Shown one piece after another: positions 18,503-28,477 of a stretch of DNA of 64,000 bases. The stretch comes from Syntrophomonas sp. UBA1368 (GTDB taxonomy: Bacteria; Bacillota; Syntrophomonadia; Syntrophomonadales; Syntrophomonadaceae): the NCBI GenBank assembly GCA_002305965.1, contig DBRM01000032.1, positions 22,043 to 86,042 of the forward strand, given 5' to 3'. The position numbers and the translations under genes were made by a program. The notes beneath the pieces are model-generated. The model saw only the letters and a list, made by a program, of their open reading frames with translations, was not told where the DNA came from and ran no database searches. Numbering within the stretch: position 1 is the stretch's first letter; each line of letters starts with the position of its first letter.

Positions 18503-19665
18503 TGCTTGATCGCTGCCGTCATGATCAACAGGCCTAACAGCAAAAAACAGCTTAGAATACTGAAACTGGCAATCCCTAAGGCATCAAAGGAATAAAGAAA
18601 TTTATAAGGTTCTATGGTCAAAACCGGAAGGGTAACATGACTTGATAACCAGTACTTATAACCGAGCAGTGTTATTACACAGGAAAAAATCATCTGCAGC
18701 AGGCGAGATGAAAGATAAAAAGACAGTCTGGCCGGTGTACCGGCAAAAATGCTCATGATTTGTGCTATAACGGATAAACCGCTGAAAGCCAAAACAATAC
18801 TTACTGCAGCCAGTTGAGAAGATAGATTGGTGTCTGCGGCGGCTATTGTTTTGGTTCCAATCGTCATTTCGAAAAACCCCATAGCTGCACCGTAGGCACC
18901 TTGCCAGGAAATATCCAGGAAGAATAAAAGCAGTTGTATGAATTTGGCCAATAGCCCCATAATTCCCCATAAAGCAAGCATGCGGGTAATAACTGAAAAC
19001 AGCAGGATAAAGCCGCCAATTGCTAAAACATTGTTGATACCGTTTTTCACCGCTTCGCTAAGGATCGTGCCGATATCCAGGTTCCGCCATTTAACTTTTA
19101 ACAATTCCAAAGAAGCAGCCCGCTGGCTATTGCCCCGGGCGGGTCTTATTGCTTTGGTAACCGCTCTTGATCTCCATAGGATCCCAACCAATAAATTGGC
19201 CAGGTAATGAGAGAAAGCCAGGAGAAAACCTATTTCCCTTGAGGCAAACATACCGATTCCTACCGCTCCTATAATAAAAAGCGGACTGGAATTGTTGGTA
19301 AAGGATGCAAGGCGTTCAGTCTCCTCTGCCGTCAATAGCTTTTCATCATAGAGTTTTCTGCTCAGTAATGCGCCCACCGGAAAACCGGAAGTAAAGCCCA
19401 TGGCCACCACCAGAGCGCTGCAGCCGGGCAGGCGGAATAAAGGCTGCATAACAGGTTCCATCAATATACCCAGGATATTGACCAGACCAAGACTAAAAAG
19501 CAATTCTGCAGCGATAAAAAACGGCAGTAAAGCAGGAACCACCACCAGGCCCCATAGTTTCAAACCATCGAGGGCAGCTTCAACAGTTGCGTCGGGATTG
19601 ATAATCATGAAAAAGGTAAGAATTAATATTATAATTAAGAAAAAAAGGCTGGAATATTGTTTCAT
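18499..19665 (-). CDS. ylbJ: Sporulation integral membrane protein YlbJ (nucleoside-recognition domain)
   Basis: 388 aa polytopic membrane protein in the conserved ylb synteny. Confidence 0.8.
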   Translation of the reverse strand: MKQYSSLFFLIIILILTFFMIINPDATVEAALDGLKLWGLVVVPALLPFFIAAELLFSLGLVNILGILMEPVMQPLFRLPGCSALVVAMGFTSGFPVGALLSRKLYDEKLLTAEETERLASFTNNSSPLFIIGAVGIGMFASREIGFLLAFSHYLANLLVGILWRSRAVTKAIRPARGNSQRAASLELLKVKWRNLDIGTILSEAVKNGINNVLAIGGFILLFSVITRMLALWGIMGLLAKFIQLLLFFLDISWQGAYGAAMGFFEMTIGTKTIAAADTNLSSQLAAVSIVLAFSGLSVIAQIMSIFAGTPARLSFYLSSRLLQMIFSCVITLLGYKYWLSSHVTLPVLTIEPYKFLYSFDALGIASFSILSCFLLLGLLIMTAAIKH

Positions 19666-19741
19666 TTTTACTCCTTAAGGTGTTTAACTAAATATATGAA
19701 TTGAGAAGGGATACTTAGAAGTTATTAAAGGAGGTAATACC

Positions 19742-20530
19742 GTGGCCGGTAAAAAACCTAGAATTGCATTGGTGCTGGGTGCAGGAAGTGCAAGGGGACT
19801 AGCTCATATAGGTGTATTGCAGGTATTCAATGAGAACGGTATTTTCCCGGATATAATTGTGGGCAGCAGTATGGGAGCCATGGTAGGCGGTATATATGCC
19901 TGCGGGGCGGATATGGTGATGCTGGACAAAATGATCAGCAAGATCGATACCAGGACCTTTTTTGATGTGAAAATTCCCCGTATGGGCTTTGTGGCTGGAA
20001 AAAAGATCAGTTCACTGCTGGATTTGCTCACTAAAAAGAAGCAGTTTCATGAGCTGGATATCACCCTGCAGATGGCTGCGACGGATCTGCTTTCCGGACA
20101 AACCGTTGTTTTACAGGAAGGTTCCGTAGCCGAAGCCATAAGAGCCAGTATCTCTATTCCAGGTGTTTTCCACCCGGTCAAAAAAGAAGGCATGATGTTG
20201 GTGGACGGAGCCATAACTGACCGCCTTCCGGTAGACATTGCCCTGAAAAATAATGCTGATCTGGTTATCGCTGTGGATGTAACTTTTACGGAAGACCGCA
20301 GCATTGAGATAAAAAATGTGCTGGATGTGATCATGTGTTCTCTTGATTTAATGCAGAAGCGGCATTTCGAGGCCAGCGCGCTGAATACTGATTTTCTTTT
20401 GCAGCCCAAGGTTGGTAATTTTGCCTCCGGTGATTTTCAGAAATCGGCACAGATCGTGGAAATGGGACGTCAGGCAGCCAGTGAACAAGTAAATGATATT
20501 TTGGCTGCGATCAAGGAAATTACCCGATAA
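19742..20530 (+). CDS. Patatin-like phospholipase (YlbK-like)
   Basis: GAGSARG oxyanion motif and GSSMG nucleophile elbow. GTG start after AGGAGG. Confidence 0.88.
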   Translation: MAGKKPRIALVLGAGSARGLAHIGVLQVFNENGIFPDIIVGSSMGAMVGGIYACGADMVMLDKMISKIDTRTFFDVKIPRMGFVAGKKISSLLDLLTKKKQFHELDITLQMAATDLLSGQTVVLQEGSVAEAIRASISIPGVFHPVKKEGMMLVDGAITDRLPVDIALKNNADLVIAVDVTFTEDRSIEIKNVLDVIMCSLDLMQKRHFEASALNTDFLLQPKVGNFASGDFQKSAQIVEMGRQAASEQVNDILAAIKEITR

Positions 20531-21779
20531 ATAAAGACGAAGTAAGAAAATCTTTCCCCCCGCCCCGCATTGCTGACGCGGGGGAGAGCAGACTATATAT
20601 ATCACTGGCCAGTATATCCAGAGCCAGCAAATCTCCCGCCTCACTGCTGCCCTGTTCCTGACTTAGTTTTTTTACTTGACTGCCGCGGCTTAAAATCGGC
20701 AAAGATGATTTATTTTTAATTTTTTGCAGGATTTTGCGCCCGGTTGACGAAAATGCGAGTATATGAAAATATTGAGGTCCATGTTGATCAAGGATATCAA
20801 TTTGTTCTTTGGTAAGATGAAATAAGGAGTATATGAGGATTCGGTTTATCCGTGTCAGGCTGTACCGCTTCGATTTTATTTTGCGGCGCAATTCTTCAAG
20901 GGTACCGCTGTGCAGGGAAGCTTCTTTGATCCGGTATTCAAGTCCTTCGCTGATTTCATATATCTGGCTTAAAGAAGACAGGGACATGCTGCGCAGATTG
21001 GCCAGGACTATTTGCTCAAGGGCATTGGGAGAAATAGGAGCCCGCCCCATGCTGATTTCCCGTTCTAAAATCTGTCTGCTGCTTTCAGGCAGTGCTTGCT
21101 CTATTTTTTCAGTAATTACCGGGTCATTCAATAAAGCAGTTCTTATGGCACCGGCACTGGAAAACCCTGACCCTGAAATTTGCTGACTGTGATAACCGTC
21201 GCCCTGGCGGGAAATGGTAAAGGGCTGCAGGTTGATTTGATCTTGTATAATATTATGCAGGTATTCAATTGCCAGGATATTATTGGGGCCGTTCATCAGT
21301 TCTGCCAGATCAGCTGCCTGTGGGCCAAAATAATGCTGTAAGGCCCGGGAACGGGCTGCGGGATAACTTAAACCCTGACCCAGCAGATCTTTCAGCTGAT
21401 TTCGGTACTCATCCGGTTCATTCGCCAAGAGGGAGGCTATTTTTAGCAGCGGGTCCAGTTGACCATTTTCACTGCCAAAGCCCAGATGTGTAATCACCCC
21501 GGTCCTGGCTAAGAGCTGGACGGCACCTCGGGCAAAATAATAGGCACTTCGCACGGCAAAAGCAAAAGGCAGTTCAATAACCAAGTCGACACCACCCTGA
21601 AGAGCCATTTCTGCGCGGGACCATTTATCACATACGGTGGGCTCAGCTCTTTGCGAAAAATTGCCGCTCATGACACAGACAACAGCGTCAAATGAGCCGT
21701 TTTTTTTAGCAGTATTGATCAAATGTTCATGCCCCTTATGGAAGGGATTGAACTCTGCGATGATACCCAGAACGCTCAA
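20520..21779 (-). CDS. tmcAL: tRNA(Met) cytidine acetate ligase (YlbM/UPF0348 nucleotidyltransferase)
   Basis: N-terminus GIIAEFNPFHKGHEHLI (HxGH nucleotidyltransferase). 419 aa. TTG start after AAAGGAG. Confidence 0.85.
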   Translation of the reverse strand: MSVLGIIAEFNPFHKGHEHLINTAKKNGSFDAVVCVMSGNFSQRAEPTVCDKWSRAEMALQGGVDLVIELPFAFAVRSAYYFARGAVQLLARTGVITHLGFGSENGQLDPLLKIASLLANEPDEYRNQLKDLLGQGLSYPAARSRALQHYFGPQAADLAELMNGPNNILAIEYLHNIIQDQINLQPFTISRQGDGYHSQQISGSGFSSAGAIRTALLNDPVITEKIEQALPESSRQILEREISMGRAPISPNALEQIVLANLRSMSLSSLSQIYEISEGLEYRIKEASLHSGTLEELRRKIKSKRYSLTRINRILIYSLFHLTKEQIDILDQHGPQYFHILAFSSTGRKILQKIKNKSSLPILSRGSQVKKLSQEQGSSEAGDLLALDILASDIYSLLSPASAMRGGGKDFLTSSLFIG

Positions 21780-21910
21780 ATGGTATACTCCTTTAAGCTT
21801 ATATTAGTCTTATAAATCTTACCACTTATAGAGATACTTATGCTAGAATTAATAAGATAAGACAAGCATGAGTAAGTAATGAGTTACTTAAAATTTGGGG
21901 AGGTAGAAGG

Positions 21911-22903
21911 ATGAGCTTATTAGAGGAAATTAGAGAAAAGGCATCAAAAAGGGGGAAATCGATTGTTCTTCCGGAAGGAACCGAGGAAAGGACCTTATTG
22001 GCTATTAAAGACATTGTGAGCAAAAAAATAGCCAACCCTATACTGCTGGGGAACGAGAGTGATGTGAAAGCTGCTGCCGCAAAGGTTGGCGCAGACATCT
22101 CCGGGGCAGAAATTATTGACCCTGTAAAAGCAGCTTACTTTGATGATTTTGTCCAGGCATTCTATGAGATGCGTAAAAGCAAAGGTGTGGATCTGGATAA
22201 AGCCAAAGCCAGTATGTTGGATCCGCTCTTTTTTGCATCCATGATGGTAAAAATGGGGAAAGCAGACGGAGAAGTAGCTGGCGCAGAAAATACAACCGGT
22301 AATGTTTTAAGACCGGCTTTGCAGATCATCAAGACGGCACCTGGTATCTCAGCGGTATCAGGATCTTTTATTGTCATCGTACCTGATTGTGCATATGGTG
22401 ATAATGGAACCTTTGTTTTTGCTGATTGTGCTGTAACCCCGGTAGCAACAGCGGAACAACTTGCAGAATTCGCCAAGACTTCGGTAGAGACAGCGGTTGA
22501 TCTTTGCGGCATGAAAGATCCGAAGGTTGCTATGTTGTCTTTCTCCACCAAGGGAAGTGCCAGCCATGAAGTGGTTGATAAAATGGTCAATGCTACCAAT
22601 ATCGCCAAGGAAAGATTCCCTGAATTAAAATTGGACGGTGAATTACAGGCTGATGCCGCCATGGTGCCTAAAGTTGGTGCTTCAAAGGCCCCCGGCAGTC
22701 TGGTAGCCGGTCAGGCCAATGTACTTATATTCCCTGATTTGCAAGCTGGAAATATTGGCTACAAATTAGTGCAAAGATTAGCCAAAGCAGAAGCAATCGG
22801 CCCTATTCTCCAAGGTTTGGACAAACCCGTCAATGACCTGTCAAGAGGATGCAGTGTAGAAGATGTGGTTAATGTGGTAGCTATGATAGCTGTAAAAGCT
22901 TAA
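21911..22903 (+). CDS. pta: Phosphate acetyltransferase
   Basis: 330 aa short-form Pta, adjacent to ackA. Confidence 0.93.
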   Translation: MSLLEEIREKASKRGKSIVLPEGTEERTLLAIKDIVSKKIANPILLGNESDVKAAAAKVGADISGAEIIDPVKAAYFDDFVQAFYEMRKSKGVDLDKAKASMLDPLFFASMMVKMGKADGEVAGAENTTGNVLRPALQIIKTAPGISAVSGSFIVIVPDCAYGDNGTFVFADCAVTPVATAEQLAEFAKTSVETAVDLCGMKDPKVAMLSFSTKGSASHEVVDKMVNATNIAKERFPELKLDGELQADAAMVPKVGASKAPGSLVAGQANVLIFPDLQAGNIGYKLVQRLAKAEAIGPILQGLDKPVNDLSRGCSVEDVVNVVAMIAVKA

Positions 22904-22941
22904 TCCGGATAAATTATTAAATTATATAGGAGGTCGAGTAA

Positions 22942-24138
22942 ATGAAAGTTCTCGTAGTGAATGCCGGTAGTTCATCAATTAAATATCAGGTCTTTGATAT
23001 GACCGATGAATCAGTATTAGCCAAAGGCTTAGTAGATAGAGTCGGGATCCCCGGAACTTCTTTAAAACACGAACCAACTGGAAAAGATGAAGTTATCATC
23101 AAAAAAGACTTGCCTGACCATACCGAAGGTATGAAATTAGTTTTTGAAGTTCTGGTAAATCCGGAATACGGATGCATCAAAAGCATGGATGAAATCGGTG
23201 CAGTCGGACACCGGGTGGTTCATGGCGGTGAAGAATTTGCCAGTTCAGTTGTCATCGATGATCATGTAAAAAAGGTTATAAAGGATTGTTTCGATATTGC
23301 ACCGCTGCATAATCCTCCCAATTTAATGGGAATCGAAGCCTGTCAGTCATTAATGCCCAATGTACCTCATGTGGTAGTCTTTGATACCGCTTTCCATCAG
23401 ACCATGGAAGCTGCTAATTATATGTATGCTCTTCCTTATGATGTTTATGAAAAATTTAGAGTCAGAAGATATGGTTTCCACGGCACTTCACATTTTTATG
23501 TCTCCCATCGGGCGGCAGAGATGCTGGGCAAACCATATGAAGATTGCAAGATCATCACTTTACACCTGGGCAATGGAGCCAGTATGGCAGCCATCAAGGG
23601 CGGTAAAGTGGTTGATACTTCCATGGGCTTTACCCCTCTGGAAGGTTTGGTCATGGGGACCCGCTCAGGGGATATTGACCCGGCTATCGTTTTTTATCTG
23701 ATGGACAAATTGGAAATGAATTCATCAGAAGCCAACAGCTATTTTAACAAAAAATCCGGTATGTTAGGATTGTCAGGCGTATCCAATGACCTGCGCGACA
23801 TTCTGGCGGCAGCCAAGACCGGAAACACAAGAGCCCAAATAGCGCTGGCAGTTTACTATAATAAGGTCAAAGGATATATCGGCAATTACATCGCTAAACT
23901 GAATGGCTGTGATTGTCTGGTATTTACTGCCGGGGTTGGTGAAAATGCTGCGGATATCAGAGAAAGCGTATGCTCTGACCTTGATTATCTGGGAATAAAA
24001 ATCGATGCAGAAAAGAATAATGTCAGAGGCAAAGAAGTAGACGTTGCAGCAGCCGATTCCAAAGTTAGAATATTTGTCATTCCAACCAATGAAGAATTAG
24101 TTATTGCCCGTGATACTTTCCAACTGGCTACTAAATAG
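22942..24138 (+). CDS. ackA: Acetate kinase
   Basis: MKVLVVNAGSSSIKYQVF..., canonical AckA N-terminus. 398 aa. Confidence 0.96.
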   Translation: MKVLVVNAGSSSIKYQVFDMTDESVLAKGLVDRVGIPGTSLKHEPTGKDEVIIKKDLPDHTEGMKLVFEVLVNPEYGCIKSMDEIGAVGHRVVHGGEEFASSVVIDDHVKKVIKDCFDIAPLHNPPNLMGIEACQSLMPNVPHVVVFDTAFHQTMEAANYMYALPYDVYEKFRVRRYGFHGTSHFYVSHRAAEMLGKPYEDCKIITLHLGNGASMAAIKGGKVVDTSMGFTPLEGLVMGTRSGDIDPAIVFYLMDKLEMNSSEANSYFNKKSGMLGLSGVSNDLRDILAAAKTGNTRAQIALAVYYNKVKGYIGNYIAKLNGCDCLVFTAGVGENAADIRESVCSDLDYLGIKIDAEKNNVRGKEVDVAAADSKVRIFVIPTNEELVIARDTFQLATK

Positions 24139-24175
24139 AGCGCCATACTGAGGCGGGGAAGGCCCCGCCTCTCAG

Positions 24176-24287
24176 ACTGCCAAAAAAGGCTAATAGCTTC
24201 GTTAACTTAGGAAGCCCGTTTAATCGACGTACCTCAGTACGCCTCAATCACGGGCTTCCTGGTTGCCTGGCTCTTAACCTTTTTTGT
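24176..24287. repeat. Copy B of the ~113-nt palindromic intergenic element
   Basis: Same conserved termini as 13457-13570. Perfect 10-bp internal stem GGAAGCCCGT/ACGGGCTTCC (24211-24220 with 24251-24260). The apical loop is homologous to copy A. Confidence 0.7.
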
Positions 24288-24418
24288 TCGCTCTGACATG
24301 GCGCCGGATTTATGGACACCCTGCAAGGCAGGTAGGCCCTATCTCTTTTGTTTTGGTCATAAAGGGTTAAGTGACATACAAAAAAGGAATAATAGCAGAA
24401 AGCGATTAGAGCGCTTTA

Positions 24419-24448
24419 TTGACAACATCAAGCCTGGAATACTATAAT
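24419..24448 (+). promoter_or_regulatory. Consensus-like sigma-A promoter for the yceD-rpmF-plsX operon
   Basis: TTGACA (24419-24424), 18-nt spacer, TATAAT (24443-24448). Confidence 0.65.
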
Positions 24449-24477
24449 TAATCTGTTATTTTTACGAGGGTCATACG

Positions 24478-24987
24478 ATGAGAATTAATCTTAAGCAACT
24501 GAAGCTTCACCAGGAAGATGCTGTATATTTTGATTACAAAGGCAGCATGGATGATCGTTTTTTAGCCGGCAGCGGGGCAAGTATCGCGTCCCCTGTTGAA
24601 ATTTCATTGATGGTGAAAAGACAAAATCAGGTTTTTTATGGTTCAGGTGCCTTGCAAACTGTGATAGAGTATAGCTGTTCCCGTTGCTTAAAATTATTTA
24701 CCAGGCCTATTTCTCTGGAATTGTCATTTATCATAGCGGAAGCCGGGAATGAAGACCGTTATGATGAAGAAGTCCTGCTAATGGAAGATGACGAGGCAGA
24801 TATAACTGCTTATATTGAAGGGACGATATTTACAGAAATACCGTTAAATCCGATTTGTGACCCGAGTTGCAAAGGCCTGTGCCCCTTTTGCGGCGGGGAC
24901 AAAAATATAGATGAATGTCATTGTGTCAATGAAGAAATCGATCCCCGCTGGGAAAAACTGAAGAAGTTAAACAGGGAAGGAGGTTAA
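24478..24987 (+). CDS. yceD: YceD/DUF177 family protein (large ribosomal RNA accumulation protein)
   Basis: 169 aa with cysteine motifs CSRC...CKGLCPFCG. Conserved position directly upstream of rpmF. Confidence 0.85.
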   Translation: MRINLKQLKLHQEDAVYFDYKGSMDDRFLAGSGASIASPVEISLMVKRQNQVFYGSGALQTVIEYSCSRCLKLFTRPISLELSFIIAEAGNEDRYDEEVLLMEDDEADITAYIEGTIFTEIPLNPICDPSCKGLCPFCGGDKNIDECHCVNEEIDPRWEKLKKLNREGG

Positions 24988-24992
24988 GTTTA

Positions 24993-25172
24993 ATGGGAGT
25001 TCCAAAGAGAAGACAATCACATTCCCGAAAGAATAAGCGGCGTGCTGAATGGAGGAAAATTGATAAACCGGGTTTGGTTGAATGTCCCCAGTGTCATGAA
25101 TTGAAAATGCCCCATCATGCATGCCTGAGTTGTGGACATTATAACGGAAAAACAGTTTTGGAAGTTAAATAA
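24993..25172 (+). CDS. rpmF: 50S ribosomal protein L32 (59 aa, below the ORF-track cutoff)
   Basis: MGVPKRRQSHSRKNKRRAEW...CPQCHELKMPHHACLSCGHYNGK. GGAGG RBS. Confidence 0.93.
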   Translation: MGVPKRRQSHSRKNKRRAEWRKIDKPGLVECPQCHELKMPHHACLSCGHYNGKTVLEVK

Positions 25173-25248
25173 ATCTTTTTATCAAAAAGTAAGTTGGAGT
25201 CTTTGAGGCAAAAACCTTACTTTTTGTCTTATAAGGAGTTGTTTGCCG

Positions 25249-26214
25249 ATGAGAATAGCTGTTGATGCAATGGGAGGAGATCATGCTCCCCGGGAAATTA
25301 TTGCCGGAGCCTTAAAATGGACCCGGGAGAATTCATCAACCGTTTTGCTGGTAGGTAAAGATACTGTCATTGAGAATGAATTAAAGCATTTTAATTATGA
25401 TTCTTCCCGGGTTGAAATCATAAATGCCAGCGAAGTGATCGAAATGGATGAATCACCAGCTTTGGCCTTACGCCGGAAGAAAGATTCTTCCATCGTGGTA
25501 GCCACCAAATTAGTCAAAGAGAAACGGGCGGATTGTTTAGTTTCCTGTGGCAGCACCGGAGCACAAATGGCGGCAGCGATATTTATCTTAGGCCGAATAG
25601 AAGGAATAGAAAGACCGCCGGTCATTACAGCTATCCCTAACTTGTCCGGCAATTTTACATTTCTGATCGATCTGGGCGCCAATGTTGATTGCAAGGCCAA
25701 GCAGCTTGTTCAGTTCGCATATTTAGGCAGCGCTTATGCCAATTTATCGTTTCAAATAGATAAGCCCCGGATCGCACTGCTCAGTAATGGCAGCGAAGAG
25801 AGCAAAGGCAATGCAGTGACCGTGGAAGCCCATGATCTGCTTAAACAGCAAACCAGTTTAAATTTTATTGGCAATGCAGAAGGACGGGATATTTTTAATA
25901 ATTATGCCGATGTGATCGTCTGCGATGGTTTTGTAGGTAATATTGTTTTGAAAACCATTGAAGGAATGGCAGCTTTCATTGGGGAAGCCATCCTTAAGGA
26001 AACCGGAACTGTACCAAAGTTCATGCAAAAGCTTGATTACACCCAGGTGGGCGGTGCTCCATTGCTGGGCGTTGAAGGAATCAGTATCGTATGCCACGGC
26101 AGTTCAAAACAGGAAGCGGTTTTAAACGGGATGCGAATTGCTGAGAAGTCTTTCCTTAATGATATAGTGGAAGGACAAAAGAAAGCTTTAAGCTTTATGG
26201 AGGAAAATGCATAA
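25249..26214 (+). CDS. plsX: Phosphate acyltransferase PlsX
   Basis: MRIAVDAMGGDHAP..., canonical. ATG 25249 is better spaced from AAGGAG than TTG 25243. Confidence 0.94.
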   Translation: MRIAVDAMGGDHAPREIIAGALKWTRENSSTVLLVGKDTVIENELKHFNYDSSRVEIINASEVIEMDESPALALRRKKDSSIVVATKLVKEKRADCLVSCGSTGAQMAAAIFILGRIEGIERPPVITAIPNLSGNFTFLIDLGANVDCKAKQLVQFAYLGSAYANLSFQIDKPRIALLSNGSEESKGNAVTVEAHDLLKQQTSLNFIGNAEGRDIFNNYADVIVCDGFVGNIVLKTIEGMAAFIGEAILKETGTVPKFMQKLDYTQVGGAPLLGVEGISIVCHGSSKQEAVLNGMRIAEKSFLNDIVEGQKKALSFMEENA

Positions 26215-26297
26215 CTGCCAAACCAAGGGAAACGATTTATCTTTGCTGGTGAAATAGAATATAATCATTTTAAACCTTGAATGCTGGAGGAGAGAAT

Positions 26298-26549
26298 ATG
26301 GAAGAGTTTTTCGAACTGGCAAGAAAATTATTAGCCGAACAATTAGATATTGATCCCCATGAGATAACGATGGAAACTGCTTTTGAAGATATCGAGGCTG
26401 ATTCCATCGATATTGTGGAAATGATCATGGCTTTGGAAGACATTTATGACATTGAATTCCCCGAAGAAGACCTGGAGGATTACCCTGTGATGGGTTTATT
26501 GGTAAAAGCGCTTTATACTTATTTACAGCAGGTGCAGAATGGCAAATAA
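26298..26549 (+). CDS. acpP: Acyl carrier protein
   Basis: 83 aa acidic protein with the phosphopantetheine site motif EADSIDIVEMIMALE. GGAGGAG RBS. Confidence 0.85.
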   Translation: MEEFFELARKLLAEQLDIDPHEITMETAFEDIEADSIDIVEMIMALEDIYDIEFPEEDLEDYPVMGLLVKALYTYLQQVQNGK

Positions 26550-27249
26550 GACCGACGACTTTGCTGCAGCCCAGGGGCTGGAGTTCAATAGTATGGCCTT
26601 GTTAACTTTGGCTTTGACGCATCCTTCTTATCATCAGGATAAAAACCTGCAGGCAGACAATCAGAGATTGGAATTCCTGGGAGATGCAGTTTTAAACTTG
26701 GCGATCACCGAGGCTTTATTTGAAAGATTACCCGACCAGGCCGAAGGCGAATTGACTAAAATACGGGCCAAAATCGTGTGCGAAAAAGCTCTTTTACAAA
26801 TCGCACGGGGTCTAAATCTGGGTTCTTACTTGTTGTTAGGCAAAGGGGAGGAAATGTCCGGCGGACGCAGCCGCAAATCGATTCTGGCAGATGCTGTGGA
26901 AGCAGTGATCGGTGCAATATACCTGGACAAGGGTTATGATGCTGCCCGGAGCTTTATATGGCAGCATTTTCAGGAGGTTATCAGTCAAGCTTCCAGTGGT
27001 GATTATAATGATTATAAATCCAAACTGCAGGAAATCGTTCAAGCAAAAAACAGACAAAGTGTAAACTATGTAATATTAGAGGAGAGTGGGCCCGCCCATG
27101 CCAAAATTTTCACCGCAGGCGTCTATTATCAGAAAACCCTGCTGGCTGTCGGGCGTGGCAAGAGTAAAAAAGAAGCGGAACAAAATGCCGCTGAAAAAGC
27201 GCTGGAAGATGAATCGAAGCTTCAGCAGTTATTAAAAATGTCAGTATGA
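26539..27249 (+). CDS. rnc: Ribonuclease III
   Basis: RNase III signature NQRLEFLGDAVL plus a C-terminal dsRBD (GKSKKEAEQNAAEKAL). Confidence 0.94.
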   Translation: MANKTDDFAAAQGLEFNSMALLTLALTHPSYHQDKNLQADNQRLEFLGDAVLNLAITEALFERLPDQAEGELTKIRAKIVCEKALLQIARGLNLGSYLLLGKGEEMSGGRSRKSILADAVEAVIGAIYLDKGYDAARSFIWQHFQEVISQASSGDYNDYKSKLQEIVQAKNRQSVNYVILEESGPAHAKIFTAGVYYQKTLLAVGRGKSKKEAEQNAAEKALEDESKLQQLLKMSV

Positions 27250-27259
27250 AGGAAAATCC

Positions 27260-28345
27260 ATGGCACATTTCAATATTCCTGTTTTTATCCCCCATTTAGG
27301 TTGTCCTTTTCAATGTATATTTTGTAATCAGCAAAAAATTACTGCCGTACATCATACTGCTTCCGCAAAAGAGGTAGAAAACATTATTACGACAGCTTTA
27401 AAAACCTTGCCTTGTGATCGGGAGGCGGAAGCAGCATTTTTTGGCGGCAGCTTCACAGCCATTAATAAAGAAATACAGCAGTTTTATCTGGATCTGGTAA
27501 AACCTTATCTGGCTGAAGGGGCGCTTAGCGGAATACGGATCTCCACTCGTCCGGATTTTATTGACCGGGAAGAATTGGAGTTTTTGCTGGCAGCAGGAGT
27601 TACAACCATTGAACTGGGGGTACAATCCCTTGATGACCATGTGCTTGCCGCTTCCGGCCGGGGTTATGAAAGCCGGATCGTTACCCAGGCAGTTGAATTA
27701 ATACGGCAATATCCCTTTCAGTTGGGGATACAGCTAATGATCGGACTTCCGGAAGATCATATTGCCGCCGACCTGGAGACTGCCACCAAAACCATTGCAT
27801 TTAAACCGGATATGGTCAGGATCTACCCGACTTTGGTCATTGAGGACACGCCTCTGGCAGCTATGTATAAAGCAGGCAAATATCAGCCATTGAGCCTGCA
27901 GGAAGCCATAGAAATAAGTATGCAGATGTATCTGCGCTTTCAACAGAACCATATCAACGTGATCCGTATGGGACTTCATGCTGATGAAGAATTGACACAG
28001 GGAACCAATATACTGGCGGGGCCCTTTCATCCTGGTTTCGGCGAACTGGTGCAGCAGGAAATATATAAGCAGCAAGCAGCCTTGGCGTTAAAGGAATTAC
28101 TGTCAGGGAAAAAGAATATTAAACAGATAGCACTGTTTGCAAATCAGCGGGATATATCAAAATTGGTTGGTTTTCGCAGAAGCAACATTGCATATTGGAA
28201 GCAGGTCTTCGAACTGGAGGAGGTAACTGTTCGACCGGACGGGTCCTTATCAAAGGATACGGTCTTGGTCTGTGATCCGCGATCCTTGTTCCCACCCCTT
28301 GAAGTTACCCGACAGGAGTTTATTAAATCATTCCTTGCCCAATAA
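27260..28345 (+). CDS. Radical SAM protein (Elp3-like core without an acetyltransferase domain)
   Basis: CPFQCIFCNQ (CxxxCxxC) at the N-terminus. 361 aa, between rnc and smc. Confidence 0.8.
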   Translation: MAHFNIPVFIPHLGCPFQCIFCNQQKITAVHHTASAKEVENIITTALKTLPCDREAEAAFFGGSFTAINKEIQQFYLDLVKPYLAEGALSGIRISTRPDFIDREELEFLLAAGVTTIELGVQSLDDHVLAASGRGYESRIVTQAVELIRQYPFQLGIQLMIGLPEDHIAADLETATKTIAFKPDMVRIYPTLVIEDTPLAAMYKAGKYQPLSLQEAIEISMQMYLRFQQNHINVIRMGLHADEELTQGTNILAGPFHPGFGELVQQEIYKQQAALALKELLSGKKNIKQIALFANQRDISKLVGFRRSNIAYWKQVFELEEVTVRPDGSLSKDTVLVCDPRSLFPPLEVTRQEFIKSFLAQ

Positions 28346-28477
28346 ATCGTGGAGTTAAAGCAGGTTCCCGGTCAATCAGGAAGCAATGGTACACTCAAAC
28401 CGGGTAAACAGACTGAAAAAGCAGTAAATGGTTTTGCTATATGAGACAAGTAAACAGTTCATGCGGAGGGAATTTTT

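Noticed and set aside
25249-26549. Absence of fabH/fabD/fabG/fabF between plsX and the acyl carrier protein gene
   Set aside because: It is unusual relative to Bacillus, but the fab genes may simply be encoded elsewhere. Nothing can be concluded from this window alone.
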